From an uncultured Planctomycetia bacterium (GTDB lineage Bacteria > Omnitrophota > Gorgyraeia > 2-02-FULL-51-18), in assembly GCA_964642015.1 (NCBI GenBank), contig CAZXLF010000002.1:287678-351677 (forward strand): a stretch of 64,000 bases of DNA, in the 5' to 3' direction. Positions 50,552-59,885 of the stretch are shown piece by piece. The position numbers were made by a program, and so were the translations under genes. The notes under the pieces were generated by a model. That model did no database searches, was not told where the DNA came from, and worked only from the letters and a program-made list of their open reading frames with translations. How positions within the stretch are numbered: the stretch's first letter is position 1; each line of letters opens with the position of its first letter.

Positions 50552-51759
50552 TGGAGCGTGTGGTTATTACAGGATTGGGTGTTATTACATCCATTGGCAT
50601 TGGTAAAGATGCTTTTTGGTCCAATCTGGTTCGAGGTAAGTCAGGAATAAATCCCGTTTCTCTAATTGATACCACTGATCATAAGAATAAAAACGGAGGA
50701 GAAATTAGAAATTTTAATCCTGATGATTTTATAGATTCCAAGAAACGAGAAATGTATGGTCGAGGGTCTCAGCTTGCCATTGCTGCCGCTAAACTTGCTC
50801 TAAAGGAAGCTAATATGAATTTTAAAAAAATAAATTCTGAAAATTCAGCCGTTATTATTGGCACTACTATGGCGAATATACGAGAGTTGGAAGAAGCAAA
50901 TAAGGTCTGGCTTACAAGCGGTGAAGATAAAGTAAATGCTGCCCTTATTACTAAATATCCAGGCAGCTCCCTTGCTTTTAACGTGGCTTACGAGTTAGGT
51001 TTAAAATCTCTTTGTTATTGTATCCCTACCGCTTGTGCGGCCGGCAATTATTCTATAGGTTATGGGTTTGATCTCATTCGGCACGGCGAGATTGATTTTG
51101 CATTGGTTGGCGGCGCAGATCCTTTTTCCAGAATAAGTTTTACAGGATTCGGAAATCTTTTTGCGATGGCGCCTGAAAAGTGTCAGCCTTTCGATAAAAA
51201 TAGAAAAGGTATGATGGTTGGCGAAGGCGGCGGAATGCTTGTTATTGAAAGTTTGAAACATGCTCAATTGCGAAATGCGCCTATTTATGCGGAAATATTA
51301 GGATATGGCTTAAGTTGCGACGCCAAACATATGACGCTTCCAAGTGTTGAAGGTTTGGGCAGTGTGATGAGGAAAGCTGTACAAGAGACTGGCATCAAAC
51401 AAGAAGATATTGACTATATAAGTGCCCATGGCACAGGTACAAAGACCAATGATTCCACGGAGGCGCAGGCGATCAATAGGGTTTTTCCCAAAGAGAAGAA
51501 AAAGATACCCGTGAGCTCTATAAAATCCATGCTTGGTCACACGATGGGCGCTGCGAGCGCTATCGAAGCTATTACTTGTGTGTTAGCGATCAAAAACTCT
51601 ATTATTCCACCGACTATTAATTTTGAAGAACCAGACAGTGAATGCGATATCGATTGTGTTCCGAATAGAGCTAGAAAACAGAACGTGAGAATAGCTCTCA
51701 ACAATTCTTTTGCTTTTGGCGGCAATAATGCATGCTTGGTGCTCAGCCGATTTAATTGA
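50551..51759 (+). CDS. beta-ketoacyl-[ACP] synthase (FabF/KS-alpha-like, catalytically intact)
   Basis: IPTACAAGNYSIGYG (Cys), ISAHGTGTKTND (His), KSMLGHTMGAASAIEAI (His), C-terminal NSFAFGGNNACLVL. Start overlaps the preceding KS-like stop. Confidence 0.85.
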   Translation: MERVVITGLGVITSIGIGKDAFWSNLVRGKSGINPVSLIDTTDHKNKNGGEIRNFNPDDFIDSKKREMYGRGSQLAIAAAKLALKEANMNFKKINSENSAVIIGTTMANIRELEEANKVWLTSGEDKVNAALITKYPGSSLAFNVAYELGLKSLCYCIPTACAAGNYSIGYGFDLIRHGEIDFALVGGADPFSRISFTGFGNLFAMAPEKCQPFDKNRKGMMVGEGGGMLVIESLKHAQLRNAPIYAEILGYGLSCDAKHMTLPSVEGLGSVMRKAVQETGIKQEDIDYISAHGTGTKTNDSTEAQAINRVFPKEKKKIPVSSIKSMLGHTMGAASAIEAITCVLAIKNSIIPPTINFEEPDSECDIDCVPNRARKQNVRIALNNSFAFGGNNACLVLSRFN

Positions 51760-51886
51760 AAGAAATGAATTTATGATAAAAGACCTTAACAAATGAAAAA
51801 TACAAAAGTCGTTTTTATTGCTCATTCGTTAAAAAATTTTATAAGCGTCAAAAATAGTGTCCAAACTAATGAGGAGACAGTTCAAT

Positions 51887-52144
51887 ATGCCGAAAAGCGC
51901 TAATGCAGCCCCAATAGAAAGCGATATAAGAAATCTTATCGCAAAAATTATCGAAGTAGAACCGGAGAAAATAGGTTCCGAAACGGGTTTTGTCGAAGAG
52001 CTCGGCGCAGATTCAATGATGGCGCTTGAGATCATGGCTTCTCTCGAAAAACAATTCAACATTACGATTCCCGAAGAAGATTTGCCGAAAATTACAAATT
52101 TAAGGCAAACCATTTATCTCGTTAAGTCGCTTATGAAAAAATGA
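51887..52144 (+). CDS. acyl carrier protein
   Basis: 85 aa with the 4'-phosphopantetheine attachment motif EELGADSMMALE. GGAGA RBS before the ATG at 51887, which is an internal Met of the 51857 ORF. Confidence 0.8.
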   Translation: MPKSANAAPIESDIRNLIAKIIEVEPEKIGSETGFVEELGADSMMALEIMASLEKQFNITIPEEDLPKITNLRQTIYLVKSLMKK

Positions 52145-52159
52145 TCATTGGAATAGAAG

Positions 52160-53626
52160 ATGTCAAATAAATATGATGTTGCAATTATTGGAGCGGGCAT
52201 TTCTGGACTGATAGCAGGAAATTACTTGGCACAGTCTGGCTTAAAAGTATTCATAGCGGAACAACATTACGCTGTTGGCGGATGTTGCTCATATTTTAAG
52301 CGAAATGGCTACACATTTGAATGTGGCGCCCATTCTCTTGGGAGCTGTCGAAATCCTGATGGATATCTATATAAAATTTTTAATGAACTTGGTATATATG
52401 ATGTTTTGGACATAAAGCGAGCGGAATGCTCCGACACATTAATATCAAATAAATACACGATTAATTTTTTAGATAACGCCTACCAAATGGCAAATAGTTT
52501 GGCTTATGAATTTGAACAATACAAAGGCCAGATTCACAGTTTTTTTGAGGAAGTGGAGGGATTTGGCGCAAAATCATTTCTTCGGTATTATGCGCGTTAT
52601 AAAAACATGACATTTGATATGTTTCTTTCTAAATATTTTGATAATGTCGAAATTAGAGAAATTTTAAGTATTTTCTTAGGAAATTTAGGTGTTGCTTCAA
52701 ACCAAATCAGTACCATAACAGCGCTTGCGTTATATAGAGAATTCGTGATGGATGGCGGATATTATGTTGAGGGCGGTATGAAAAAATTAGGTGATGTTCT
52801 AAAATGGAATTTTCAAAAAAATGGCGGCGTGGTTTCTTTAAAGGATAAAACAATCAAAATCATTTTAAAAAATGGGTATGCCTCAGGACTTGATACTGAA
52901 AGAAGCGGTATCATTGAATCAAAATATGTTATTTCGACAGCCGGCATCAAGCAAACATTCTTGGAGCTTATTAACGAAGAATTGATGCCGCTCGACTTTA
53001 TTTGCAAAGTTAAAAATTCAAAGCCGTCGGTATCCGCGCTGATACTTTATTTGGGTTTAAAAGGACGCAGCATTAAAGATGAGAAGTGGGGAAGGACAGT
53101 CTGGTACATACCAAATCTCAATCCAAACGAAGTGTATAGGAAAGCATTTGATGGTCAATGTGATGAAAATATCGAGGCGATGCTCATGGGGTTTCCTTCC
53201 AAGTATGATGAATCGTTAGTCCCACCGAATTGTGAAAGTTTAATGTGTATATTAAGTGCACCATATAAAAGTAACGATTTTTGGTCTACAAACAAAGCAA
53301 GATATAGAGAGGCCATAATCAATAGAATATCAACGCTCATCCCCAATATTAAAGATAGGATTGAGGTGTGCGAATTAGCAACACCTCCAACTATTGTTAA
53401 GTTCACGCTGAATGATGCAGGCGCAATTTATGGATTAGCATCAACTTCGGATCAGATAGATATTGACTATATGCCATTTAAAACACCTATTAAAAATCTA
53501 TTTTTATCGAGTCATTGGACAACCCAGGGTTATGGGCAAGCCGGGGTACCTGTCGTTGCACTAGCAGCCAAACAGGTGGCGTTTGCTATTCAAAAGAAAG
53601 AAAATCAGATCAAAGTAGTGATTTAA
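52160..53626 (+). CDS. FAD-dependent oxidoreductase of the phytoene desaturase (CrtI/CrtD-like) family
   Basis: N-terminal dinucleotide-binding fold KYDVAIIGAGISGLIAGNYLAQSGLKVFIAEQHYAVGGCCSYF...GAHSL. Length 488 aa, typical for the family. Confidence 0.75.
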   Translation: MSNKYDVAIIGAGISGLIAGNYLAQSGLKVFIAEQHYAVGGCCSYFKRNGYTFECGAHSLGSCRNPDGYLYKIFNELGIYDVLDIKRAECSDTLISNKYTINFLDNAYQMANSLAYEFEQYKGQIHSFFEEVEGFGAKSFLRYYARYKNMTFDMFLSKYFDNVEIREILSIFLGNLGVASNQISTITALALYREFVMDGGYYVEGGMKKLGDVLKWNFQKNGGVVSLKDKTIKIILKNGYASGLDTERSGIIESKYVISTAGIKQTFLELINEELMPLDFICKVKNSKPSVSALILYLGLKGRSIKDEKWGRTVWYIPNLNPNEVYRKAFDGQCDENIEAMLMGFPSKYDESLVPPNCESLMCILSAPYKSNDFWSTNKARYREAIINRISTLIPNIKDRIEVCELATPPTIVKFTLNDAGAIYGLASTSDQIDIDYMPFKTPIKNLFLSSHWTTQGYGQAGVPVVALAAKQVAFAIQKKENQIKVVI

Positions 53627-53766
53627 TTAGATTATCATCCATATTAATAATAAACATGGCGTCAATCTGGCGGTTTCTGATTGAGGGCAGAGGTTTGATG
53701 ACCATTACAAAAAATTCAGAAGTTATTTGATTAACAAATAATGGAAAACTAAAAGAAAGGTATCCT

Positions 53767-54843
53767 ATGACTACTAAACTTTCGACCGCACATTCAGAAA
53801 AAGATATAGCAATATACACATCAGCAAGGGGAAACTTGACGAAGCAGAAAATAGTTAATTTTTGTGATTTTTTAAGGGATCATTACCCTTCGGCAAAGAA
53901 ACGCAAGGGACATGACATTGAAAACTATAAATTTTTTTCAAGAGAATTAGACACACTTCTTTTTGAGTGCGAAAAAGCCATTTCCGAAACAAACAATAAG
54001 GTTCTACAACGAGAACATAAAGAATTTTTTAGAGCCGCTTTAAATTCATGGCTTACTAAGAATGACTTTGTGAGGCGATGCATGGAAAAACCGAGAGGTT
54101 ATCCTGGGGACTATTTAATGATGGAACACGGTTATCAGGATGAGGTTGATGGAAATAAATTGAACGCCAATTTTTTTGATAGATATTTCTTTGACAAATA
54201 TCAATCAATTATCTTTCGAAAGGAGAAGCTGAAACAAATATTAGTGACATTAATTAAAGATTCAAATAAATTATCAAACAAAGGGATGCAGCCAGTCGTC
54301 AAAATTATGACACTTGGTGGTGGGCCTGCGAGGGAATGGTTCGAACTCGATAAAGAGATGCGAAATCAGAAAATCAAAGCCGTTCATTTAACGTATCTCG
54401 ATCAAGATGAAGAAGCCATGGACTTTGCTAAGAAACGATTAAATTCAAACCGATTGATTAAAAGACGATGCTTTGTGCGAACAAGCCTGATTGAATTTTC
54501 AAAGGCTGCCCCTTTAACGCTCAATGTAGATGACTCGTTTGATGTTATCTACGGCTTGGGTATTGCTGATTATTTTCATGATCAATTCCTTTCGGCTATC
54601 ATTGCAAAAGCATGGTTGCTCCTAAAAAAAGGCGGTAAATTTATTCTAACTCATAAAGACAGTAAATCTTTTCCAATGGAACCGGCTGATTGGTTGTGTG
54701 ATTGGAGTTTTGTGCACAGATCGAAAGAACAATTTGAAGCATTAATTAAATCAGCTTTAGGCGCACCGAGCTCTAAGTTTAATTTAGAAATAAGCTGGGA
54801 GTCATCTGGACAGATTCTTTTTGGAATAGTCAGCAAGAATTAA
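53767..54843 (+). CDS. putative class I SAM-dependent methyltransferase with an N-terminal extension
   Basis: Motif I VKIMTLGGGPA, motif II-like FDVIYGLGIADYF, motif III-like LLKKGGKFILT in the C-terminal 200 aa. The N-terminal 150 aa are unassigned. Confidence 0.5.
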   Translation: MTTKLSTAHSEKDIAIYTSARGNLTKQKIVNFCDFLRDHYPSAKKRKGHDIENYKFFSRELDTLLFECEKAISETNNKVLQREHKEFFRAALNSWLTKNDFVRRCMEKPRGYPGDYLMMEHGYQDEVDGNKLNANFFDRYFFDKYQSIIFRKEKLKQILVTLIKDSNKLSNKGMQPVVKIMTLGGGPAREWFELDKEMRNQKIKAVHLTYLDQDEEAMDFAKKRLNSNRLIKRRCFVRTSLIEFSKAAPLTLNVDDSFDVIYGLGIADYFHDQFLSAIIAKAWLLLKKGGKFILTHKDSKSFPMEPADWLCDWSFVHRSKEQFEALIKSALGAPSSKFNLEISWESSGQILFGIVSKN

Positions 54844-54859
54844 TGCACAGAGCAAAGAG

Positions 54860-56998
54860 ATGACAATATTTATTTATTCATTACCTCAGCTATTAGGCTC
54901 TTTCATTGCCGCTATCCTTGGTTTGTTTGTGCTATCCAGAAATTGGAAGCGTCCTCTCAATCGCACATTTTCAAGTTTCGGGTTTCTTGCATCGCTATGG
55001 CTCGGGTCCGCTTCGATAGCTTATTCACTTGGATCTGAGCAAAAGATGATAATATTTAAGTTGATGCAAGTTAGCTACTCTGCGGTTATATGCATGGTCA
55101 TCCCTTATCTGAGACTAACTACTCTTATTACGCAGTCTAAGAGCCTCCAGCGGTGGGCAAATCTCTCAACTTTCATTGCCATCTTTTTTGTAGCCACAGT
55201 ATGGTTAACAAATTGGTTTATCAAAGACCTATATTATTTTCACTTTGGTTTGTATCCCAATGTTGGCTGGATTCATCCATTTTTTCTAGCATGGCTCTTC
55301 GTGTCAATGACACTTATTCATCTGATTTTGTTCCAGGGATCCAGGGACGAGAAACGCGATAGCAGAGATAGAAACCAAGCTAAATATATATGGTTGGCTT
55401 TTATTGCTGTTACGCCTGTGATAGTAGATTTTATCCCTAATTATGGAATCGACACATATCCAGCTGGTTACCTATTCGTTCTAGTGTTTGGGGCAGTAAG
55501 TGCTTACGCGATTGTTCGCCATCAATTGATGGATATTGAAGTAGTTATAAAACGAACAGCCGTATTTGCCGGCCTCTTTGCATTTGTTTATGGAACATTT
55601 ACCGTTGTGACAATATTAGGCCAGGAATTTTTCAAGAGCACTTTAGGTTGGAACCAATGGATTGCAACGATCCCAACCGTTTTAATTATTACATTTTCGT
55701 TAAGGCCGCTTGAGACCTTTCTTACAAATTTTACGGAAAGATGGCTATTCCAAAAAAAATACGATTATCGAGAGCTGCTTAGAACCTTTACGAACGAAAT
55801 CCTCACGGTTTTAGATCTAAGCAAATTAACAGAACAGACGGTCGCCGGTCTTATCAAGATCATCAAATTAGAATCCGCGGCGGTGCTTTTGCTCGATAAA
55901 GATATTAAAACGTACAAAATGGTCGCCGGGAGCGGCGTTAAAGAAAAAGAGATCGTTTTTAAGGAAAATGATTTGATCGTCTCTTACCTTAAACAGACCA
56001 ACCAACATATTTTAAAAGACAAGAGTGTCGACAAAATGGAAGGCGATGGGGAGCTTAAGGATGCCTTTAAAAAACTAAATGCCCGGATCTGTCTGCCTAT
56101 CGAGCTTCACGATAATCTGATAGGCATCCTGTCGTTAGGCATGAAGAAATCAGGCGAAGATTTCACTCAGGAAGATATCGATATCCTTAATACGCTGGTC
56201 CGCACGGAAGCGATCGCTATTTCAAACGCCCAGCTTTTCGATGAGCTGTCCAAAACGCAGGCCGAGGCGGCTCAGCGTGAAAAGATGGCGGTTATCGGGA
56301 CTCTGGCGGCAGGGATCAATCACGAGATCTGCAATCCGCTTGGGATCGTACGAGGACAGTGCGAGATGTTTCTTTTAAACCAGCGAGATGGATTTTATGA
56401 CGGAAAATCTACCGAGGACATTTTGAAAATATCCAGTGATATCATGAATAAAGTCATAAAAGAAACTGATAGGGCGACCGGCATCACAAAGAAATTATCG
56501 AGTTTTGCGAAGCCGTCAAAGCGTTCCGATCTCGAAGAAGTGCAGGTTGAAAAAGAGGTGGATGAGGTGGTCGGGCTTATTGGACATGACCTGAAGCTGA
56601 ATAACATCGACATCCAAAAAGATTTTCCCAATAATTTTCCGATCATACTGGCTGATAAGAAACAGATCCAGGAAGTGCTTTTCAATATTATCCGCAACGC
56701 TGCTCAGGCCATGGATAAAAAAAGCGGTAAGATAGTCGTGTCAGGTTTTGCGGATAACGGAAACGCCGTGGTACGCATCGCGGACAACGGCAGCGGGATC
56801 CCGAAAGACAAGATAGGGCAGATATTCAACCCATTTTATACGACCAAAGCTCCGGGTAAGGGCACAGGATTGGGTCTTTTTATCGTCAAACAGGTTGTCG
56901 AGAAGAACAGAGGGACAATATCTCTAGATAGCGAGGTAGGTGTCGGTACGACGTTTACGCTGAGATTTCCTGCAGCGGTATCACTTGTCGCGGCATAA
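54860..56998 (+). CDS. membrane sensor histidine kinase (multi-TM sensor, GAF-like linker, HisKA, HATPase_c)
   Basis: About 8 TM helices in the first 290 aa. H-box AAGINHEICNPLGIV. N/G boxes NIIRNAAQAM, DNGSGIPKD, GLGLFIVKQVV. Confidence 0.85.
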   Translation: MTIFIYSLPQLLGSFIAAILGLFVLSRNWKRPLNRTFSSFGFLASLWLGSASIAYSLGSEQKMIIFKLMQVSYSAVICMVIPYLRLTTLITQSKSLQRWANLSTFIAIFFVATVWLTNWFIKDLYYFHFGLYPNVGWIHPFFLAWLFVSMTLIHLILFQGSRDEKRDSRDRNQAKYIWLAFIAVTPVIVDFIPNYGIDTYPAGYLFVLVFGAVSAYAIVRHQLMDIEVVIKRTAVFAGLFAFVYGTFTVVTILGQEFFKSTLGWNQWIATIPTVLIITFSLRPLETFLTNFTERWLFQKKYDYRELLRTFTNEILTVLDLSKLTEQTVAGLIKIIKLESAAVLLLDKDIKTYKMVAGSGVKEKEIVFKENDLIVSYLKQTNQHILKDKSVDKMEGDGELKDAFKKLNARICLPIELHDNLIGILSLGMKKSGEDFTQEDIDILNTLVRTEAIAISNAQLFDELSKTQAEAAQREKMAVIGTLAAGINHEICNPLGIVRGQCEMFLLNQRDGFYDGKSTEDILKISSDIMNKVIKETDRATGITKKLSSFAKPSKRSDLEEVQVEKEVDEVVGLIGHDLKLNNIDIQKDFPNNFPIILADKKQIQEVLFNIIRNAAQAMDKKSGKIVVSGFADNGNAVVRIADNGSGIPKDKIGQIFNPFYTTKAPGKGTGLGLFIVKQVVEKNRGTISLDSEVGVGTTFTLRFPAAVSLVAA

Positions 56999-57006
56999 TC
57001 ATTTTT

Positions 57007-57372
57007 ATGACCAAGATACTGACCATTGATGACGAAACCGAATTCACGAGTTTGATCCAGAGCTATTTTGGAGCAAGAGGCTATGAGGTGCTGATCGCCA
57101 ACGACGGCAACGCCGGCGTGACGCTTGCGAAAGCAGAAAATCCCGACGTTTGCCTTATCGACCTTAAAATGCCGGGTCTTCATGGGGATGAAGTGCTTCG
57201 GGAGGTGCTTCTTCATAAACCTAATACCAAATGCATCATGATCACGGCCTCAGAAGGCGAGGGAAAGACTAGAGAGAAGCTGATCTCGATGGGCGCGTAT
57301 ACTTGCTTTGACAAACCGATCACGTCTTTGAGAAATTTGGAATCAAAGATCAAAGAGGCATTGGATTCATGA
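57007..57372 (+). CDS. single-domain response regulator (REC only)
   Basis: ILTIDDE, phospho-acceptor context CLIDLKMPG, conserved T/K positions. 121 aa. Confidence 0.8.
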   Translation: MTKILTIDDETEFTSLIQSYFGARGYEVLIANDGNAGVTLAKAENPDVCLIDLKMPGLHGDEVLREVLLHKPNTKCIMITASEGEGKTREKLISMGAYTCFDKPITSLRNLESKIKEALDS

Positions 57373-57758
57373 CAAAAAAACACAAACTCATGGTCGTTGA
57401 CGACGAACGCGATATCTGTAATTTTGTGAAGTCATTTTTTGAAATGAGAGGCTTTCAAGTCAGCATGGCTTTGAATGGTGATGATGCCATGTCAATCCTT
57501 ACGAAAGAAAAGCCGGATATCGTGATCCTCGATGTCATGATGCGCCGCAGCCGTGAAGGATTGGAATATCTTCCTCAGATCAAAAAGGCGCTGCCTGCCT
57601 CGAAGGTTTTGATGGTGACAGGCGTCGAGGACGCGGAGACCATTGAGACGGCAAAAAAACTCGGTGCGGACGACTATATTACGAAGCCGCTGGTATTGGA
57701 GTATCTCGAAAATACGGTGATGAAGAAGATCGGAGCATTAACTAAAGTAGGGCAATGA
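57369..57758 (+). CDS. single-domain response regulator (REC only)
   Basis: LMVVDDE...IVILDVMM...LMVTG...ADDYITKP. 129 aa. Overlaps the previous gene's stop. Confidence 0.8.
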   Translation: MTKKHKLMVVDDERDICNFVKSFFEMRGFQVSMALNGDDAMSILTKEKPDIVILDVMMRRSREGLEYLPQIKKALPASKVLMVTGVEDAETIETAKKLGADDYITKPLVLEYLENTVMKKIGALTKVGQ

Positions 57759-57815
57759 CAAATGTCAAAATCCGAATGACAAAACAAATTCAAATATTCA
57801 AAAGACAAGACAGGA

Positions 57816-58175
57816 ATGAATAAAAGATATGATCTGGAAGATCGGACATTAAAATTTTCGAAAGAATGTATTGATTTAAGTAAGCTACTCGTTCGCGATT
57901 TGATTAACATCGAGCTTGTTAGCCAATTTATTAGAGCTGCAGGTTCAATCGGAGCAAATTATAGAGAAGCTAATGATTCGATCTCAAAGAAGGATTTTTA
58001 TTATCGAATCGGAATTTGCAGACGTGAAGCCAAGGAAACCAAATATTGGATCGATTTATTGCTTCATGCCAATCCAAAGCACTCTGAAAAAATAGAGCCT
58101 CTTTTGGATGAAGCGTTGCAATTATCTCGAATATTTGCAGCAATTTCTCATCAGAATGGAAAACCAAATGATTAA
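57816..58175 (+). CDS. four-helix-bundle protein (23S rRNA intervening-sequence protein family, PF05635-like)
   Basis: 119 aa, all-helical, with the family-typical IRAAGSIGANYREAN...SKKDFYYRIGICRREAKETKYWIDLL core. Confidence 0.7.
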   Translation: MNKRYDLEDRTLKFSKECIDLSKLLVRDLINIELVSQFIRAAGSIGANYREANDSISKKDFYYRIGICRREAKETKYWIDLLLHANPKHSEKIEPLLDEALQLSRIFAAISHQNGKPND

Positions 58176-58246
58176 TTTTAATGTTGGGATCTTGCACGTG
58201 TTTTGTCATTTGTGCTTTGGTATTTGAGTTTCGGTAAATCGGAGTT

Positions 58247-59473
58247 TTGATGTATACCCGTTTAGATTACCAAGAAGCGCTGATGAATGCCTCCAAAGGC
58301 ATGATCCGCGTCAAAGATCCGGTGACGCTTTTAAGGATCATCACACGCTTCATCGACCGCCAGATGGGCGTGACGCACGTCGCGATCATGCTTTATGATA
58401 AGGCCCGCGACGCGTATGTGCTGATCGACTCGAAGGGCGAAGGCGGTGTCAAGATCCCTGTCGGCTATGTGAAAGTACCGGTTGATAATCCGATCGTCAG
58501 GTTTTTTCAGGCCTCGAACAACGGCGCATTTGCTCCCAAGGAAGCGCTGGTCTACAACGAGATCGACCATCTGCAGAATTTTGAGATCCTCGTAAATAAA
58601 AAAGAATCCCGTGCGATCCATTACGAGGATATCCGGAAACAAATGACGTATCTCAGGGCGGCGGTCTGTGTGCCGAGTTTTTACAAAAAGGAATTGATCG
58701 GTGTATTGGTCCTCGGTGATAAATTGTCCGGCGAGAAATATCAGGAAGAAGAGATCAGTCTTTTTGTGACGCTCGCCAATGACGTCGCGATGGCCGTGAA
58801 GAACGCCGAACTGATCAAAGATTTAAAGAGCGCCTATGAAAAAGAACATTTTCTTTTTATTCAGACTTCAGTGGCTCTGGCGACCGCGATCGATGCACGC
58901 GATCGCTATACACACGGGCACTCCGAGCGCGTATCGCATTACAGCTTGGTGATCGCCAAACAATTGATAGACAGCGGCCGGATTGAATTTGAACGTGAAT
59001 TCATGGAGACCGTACAGCTTTCAGCGCTTTTGCATGATGTGGGCAAGATCGGTATTCGCGATCAGATCCTGAATAAGCCCGATAAACTGACCGCTGAAGA
59101 ATATGAAACCATGAAAACGCATGTGATGATCGGCGCGTCGATCGTGAAGCCTGTCAAGGGATTGACACATTTAATGGATGGGATCATGTACCATCATGAA
59201 AGATTTGACGGGAAAGGTTATCCTCAAGGCCTGAAAGGGAAAGATATCCCTATCATTGGCCGCATCGTGCATGTCGCCGATGCATATGACACGATCATGA
59301 CGGCGCGATCTTACAAAGAAGCTTCGTCATCAGAACCCGCATTCAAGGAACTGATGCGCTGTAAGGGTACTCAATTTGATCCCGATATGGTGGATGCTTT
59401 TTATGAGGCTTATAAATTGGGACGTCTCACCAAGCGCGACTACACTAGTTTTGATTTTTCAAAGTTACACTAA
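58247..59473 (+). CDS. GAF domain-containing HD-GYP phosphodiesterase (c-di-GMP signalling)
   Basis: N-terminal GAF-like region. HD-GYP motifs HGHSERVSHYS, LLHDVGKIGI and HHERFDGKGYPQGL. Confidence 0.8.
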   Translation: MMYTRLDYQEALMNASKGMIRVKDPVTLLRIITRFIDRQMGVTHVAIMLYDKARDAYVLIDSKGEGGVKIPVGYVKVPVDNPIVRFFQASNNGAFAPKEALVYNEIDHLQNFEILVNKKESRAIHYEDIRKQMTYLRAAVCVPSFYKKELIGVLVLGDKLSGEKYQEEEISLFVTLANDVAMAVKNAELIKDLKSAYEKEHFLFIQTSVALATAIDARDRYTHGHSERVSHYSLVIAKQLIDSGRIEFEREFMETVQLSALLHDVGKIGIRDQILNKPDKLTAEEYETMKTHVMIGASIVKPVKGLTHLMDGIMYHHERFDGKGYPQGLKGKDIPIIGRIVHVADAYDTIMTARSYKEASSSEPAFKELMRCKGTQFDPDMVDAFYEAYKLGRLTKRDYTSFDFSKLH

Positions 59474-59483
59474 CGATCCTAAT

Positions 59484-59856
59484 GTCATTCTGAGCGAGCT
59501 TTAGCGAGCCAAGAATCTCATCACCAGATTGATGTCAATGCATGTACGCGGCGGCTATGTTTATATAGTTACAAATAGCTTCAATAGCGTGATTTATACT
59601 GGAGTTACCAGCGATCTGAAAAAGAGGGCATTTCAGCATCGACAAAAAGAAATAGAAGGTTTTAGTAAGAGATACAATCTTACAAAATTAGTTTATTATG
59701 AAGTAGCTGATAGGATTGAAAGCGCGATCTTAAGAGAGAAACAGATAAAGGGATTACTTAGAAAGAAAAAGATCGATTTAATTGAAGGCATGAATCCTTC
59801 ATGGAGAGATTTATTTCATGATCTATGATGAGATTCTTCGCTTCGCTCAGAATGAC
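59484..59856. mobile_element. GIY-YIG gene bracketed by inverted repeats (candidate miniature homing/mobile cassette)
   Basis: Left arm 59484-59523 GTCATTCTGAGCGAGCTTTAGCGAGCCAAGAATCTCATCA. Right arm 59826-59856 TGATGAGATTCTTCGCTTCGCTCAGAATGAC. The 14- and 13-bp terminal arms (GTCATTCTGAGCGA / AAGAATCTCATCA) are perfect inverted matches. The gene stop TGA lies in the right arm. Confidence 0.55.
59529..59828 (+). CDS. GIY-YIG nuclease family protein (small, stand-alone)
   Basis: GGYVYIVTNSFNSVIYTGVTSDLKKRAFQHRQ carries the GIY...YIG core and the conserved Arg/His region. 99 aa. Confidence 0.8.
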   Translation: MMSMHVRGGYVYIVTNSFNSVIYTGVTSDLKKRAFQHRQKEIEGFSKRYNLTKLVYYEVADRIESAILREKQIKGLLRKKKIDLIEGMNPSWRDLFHDL

Positions 59857-59885
59857 GGATGGCGTGAATTTCGTTTCACTCAGTG

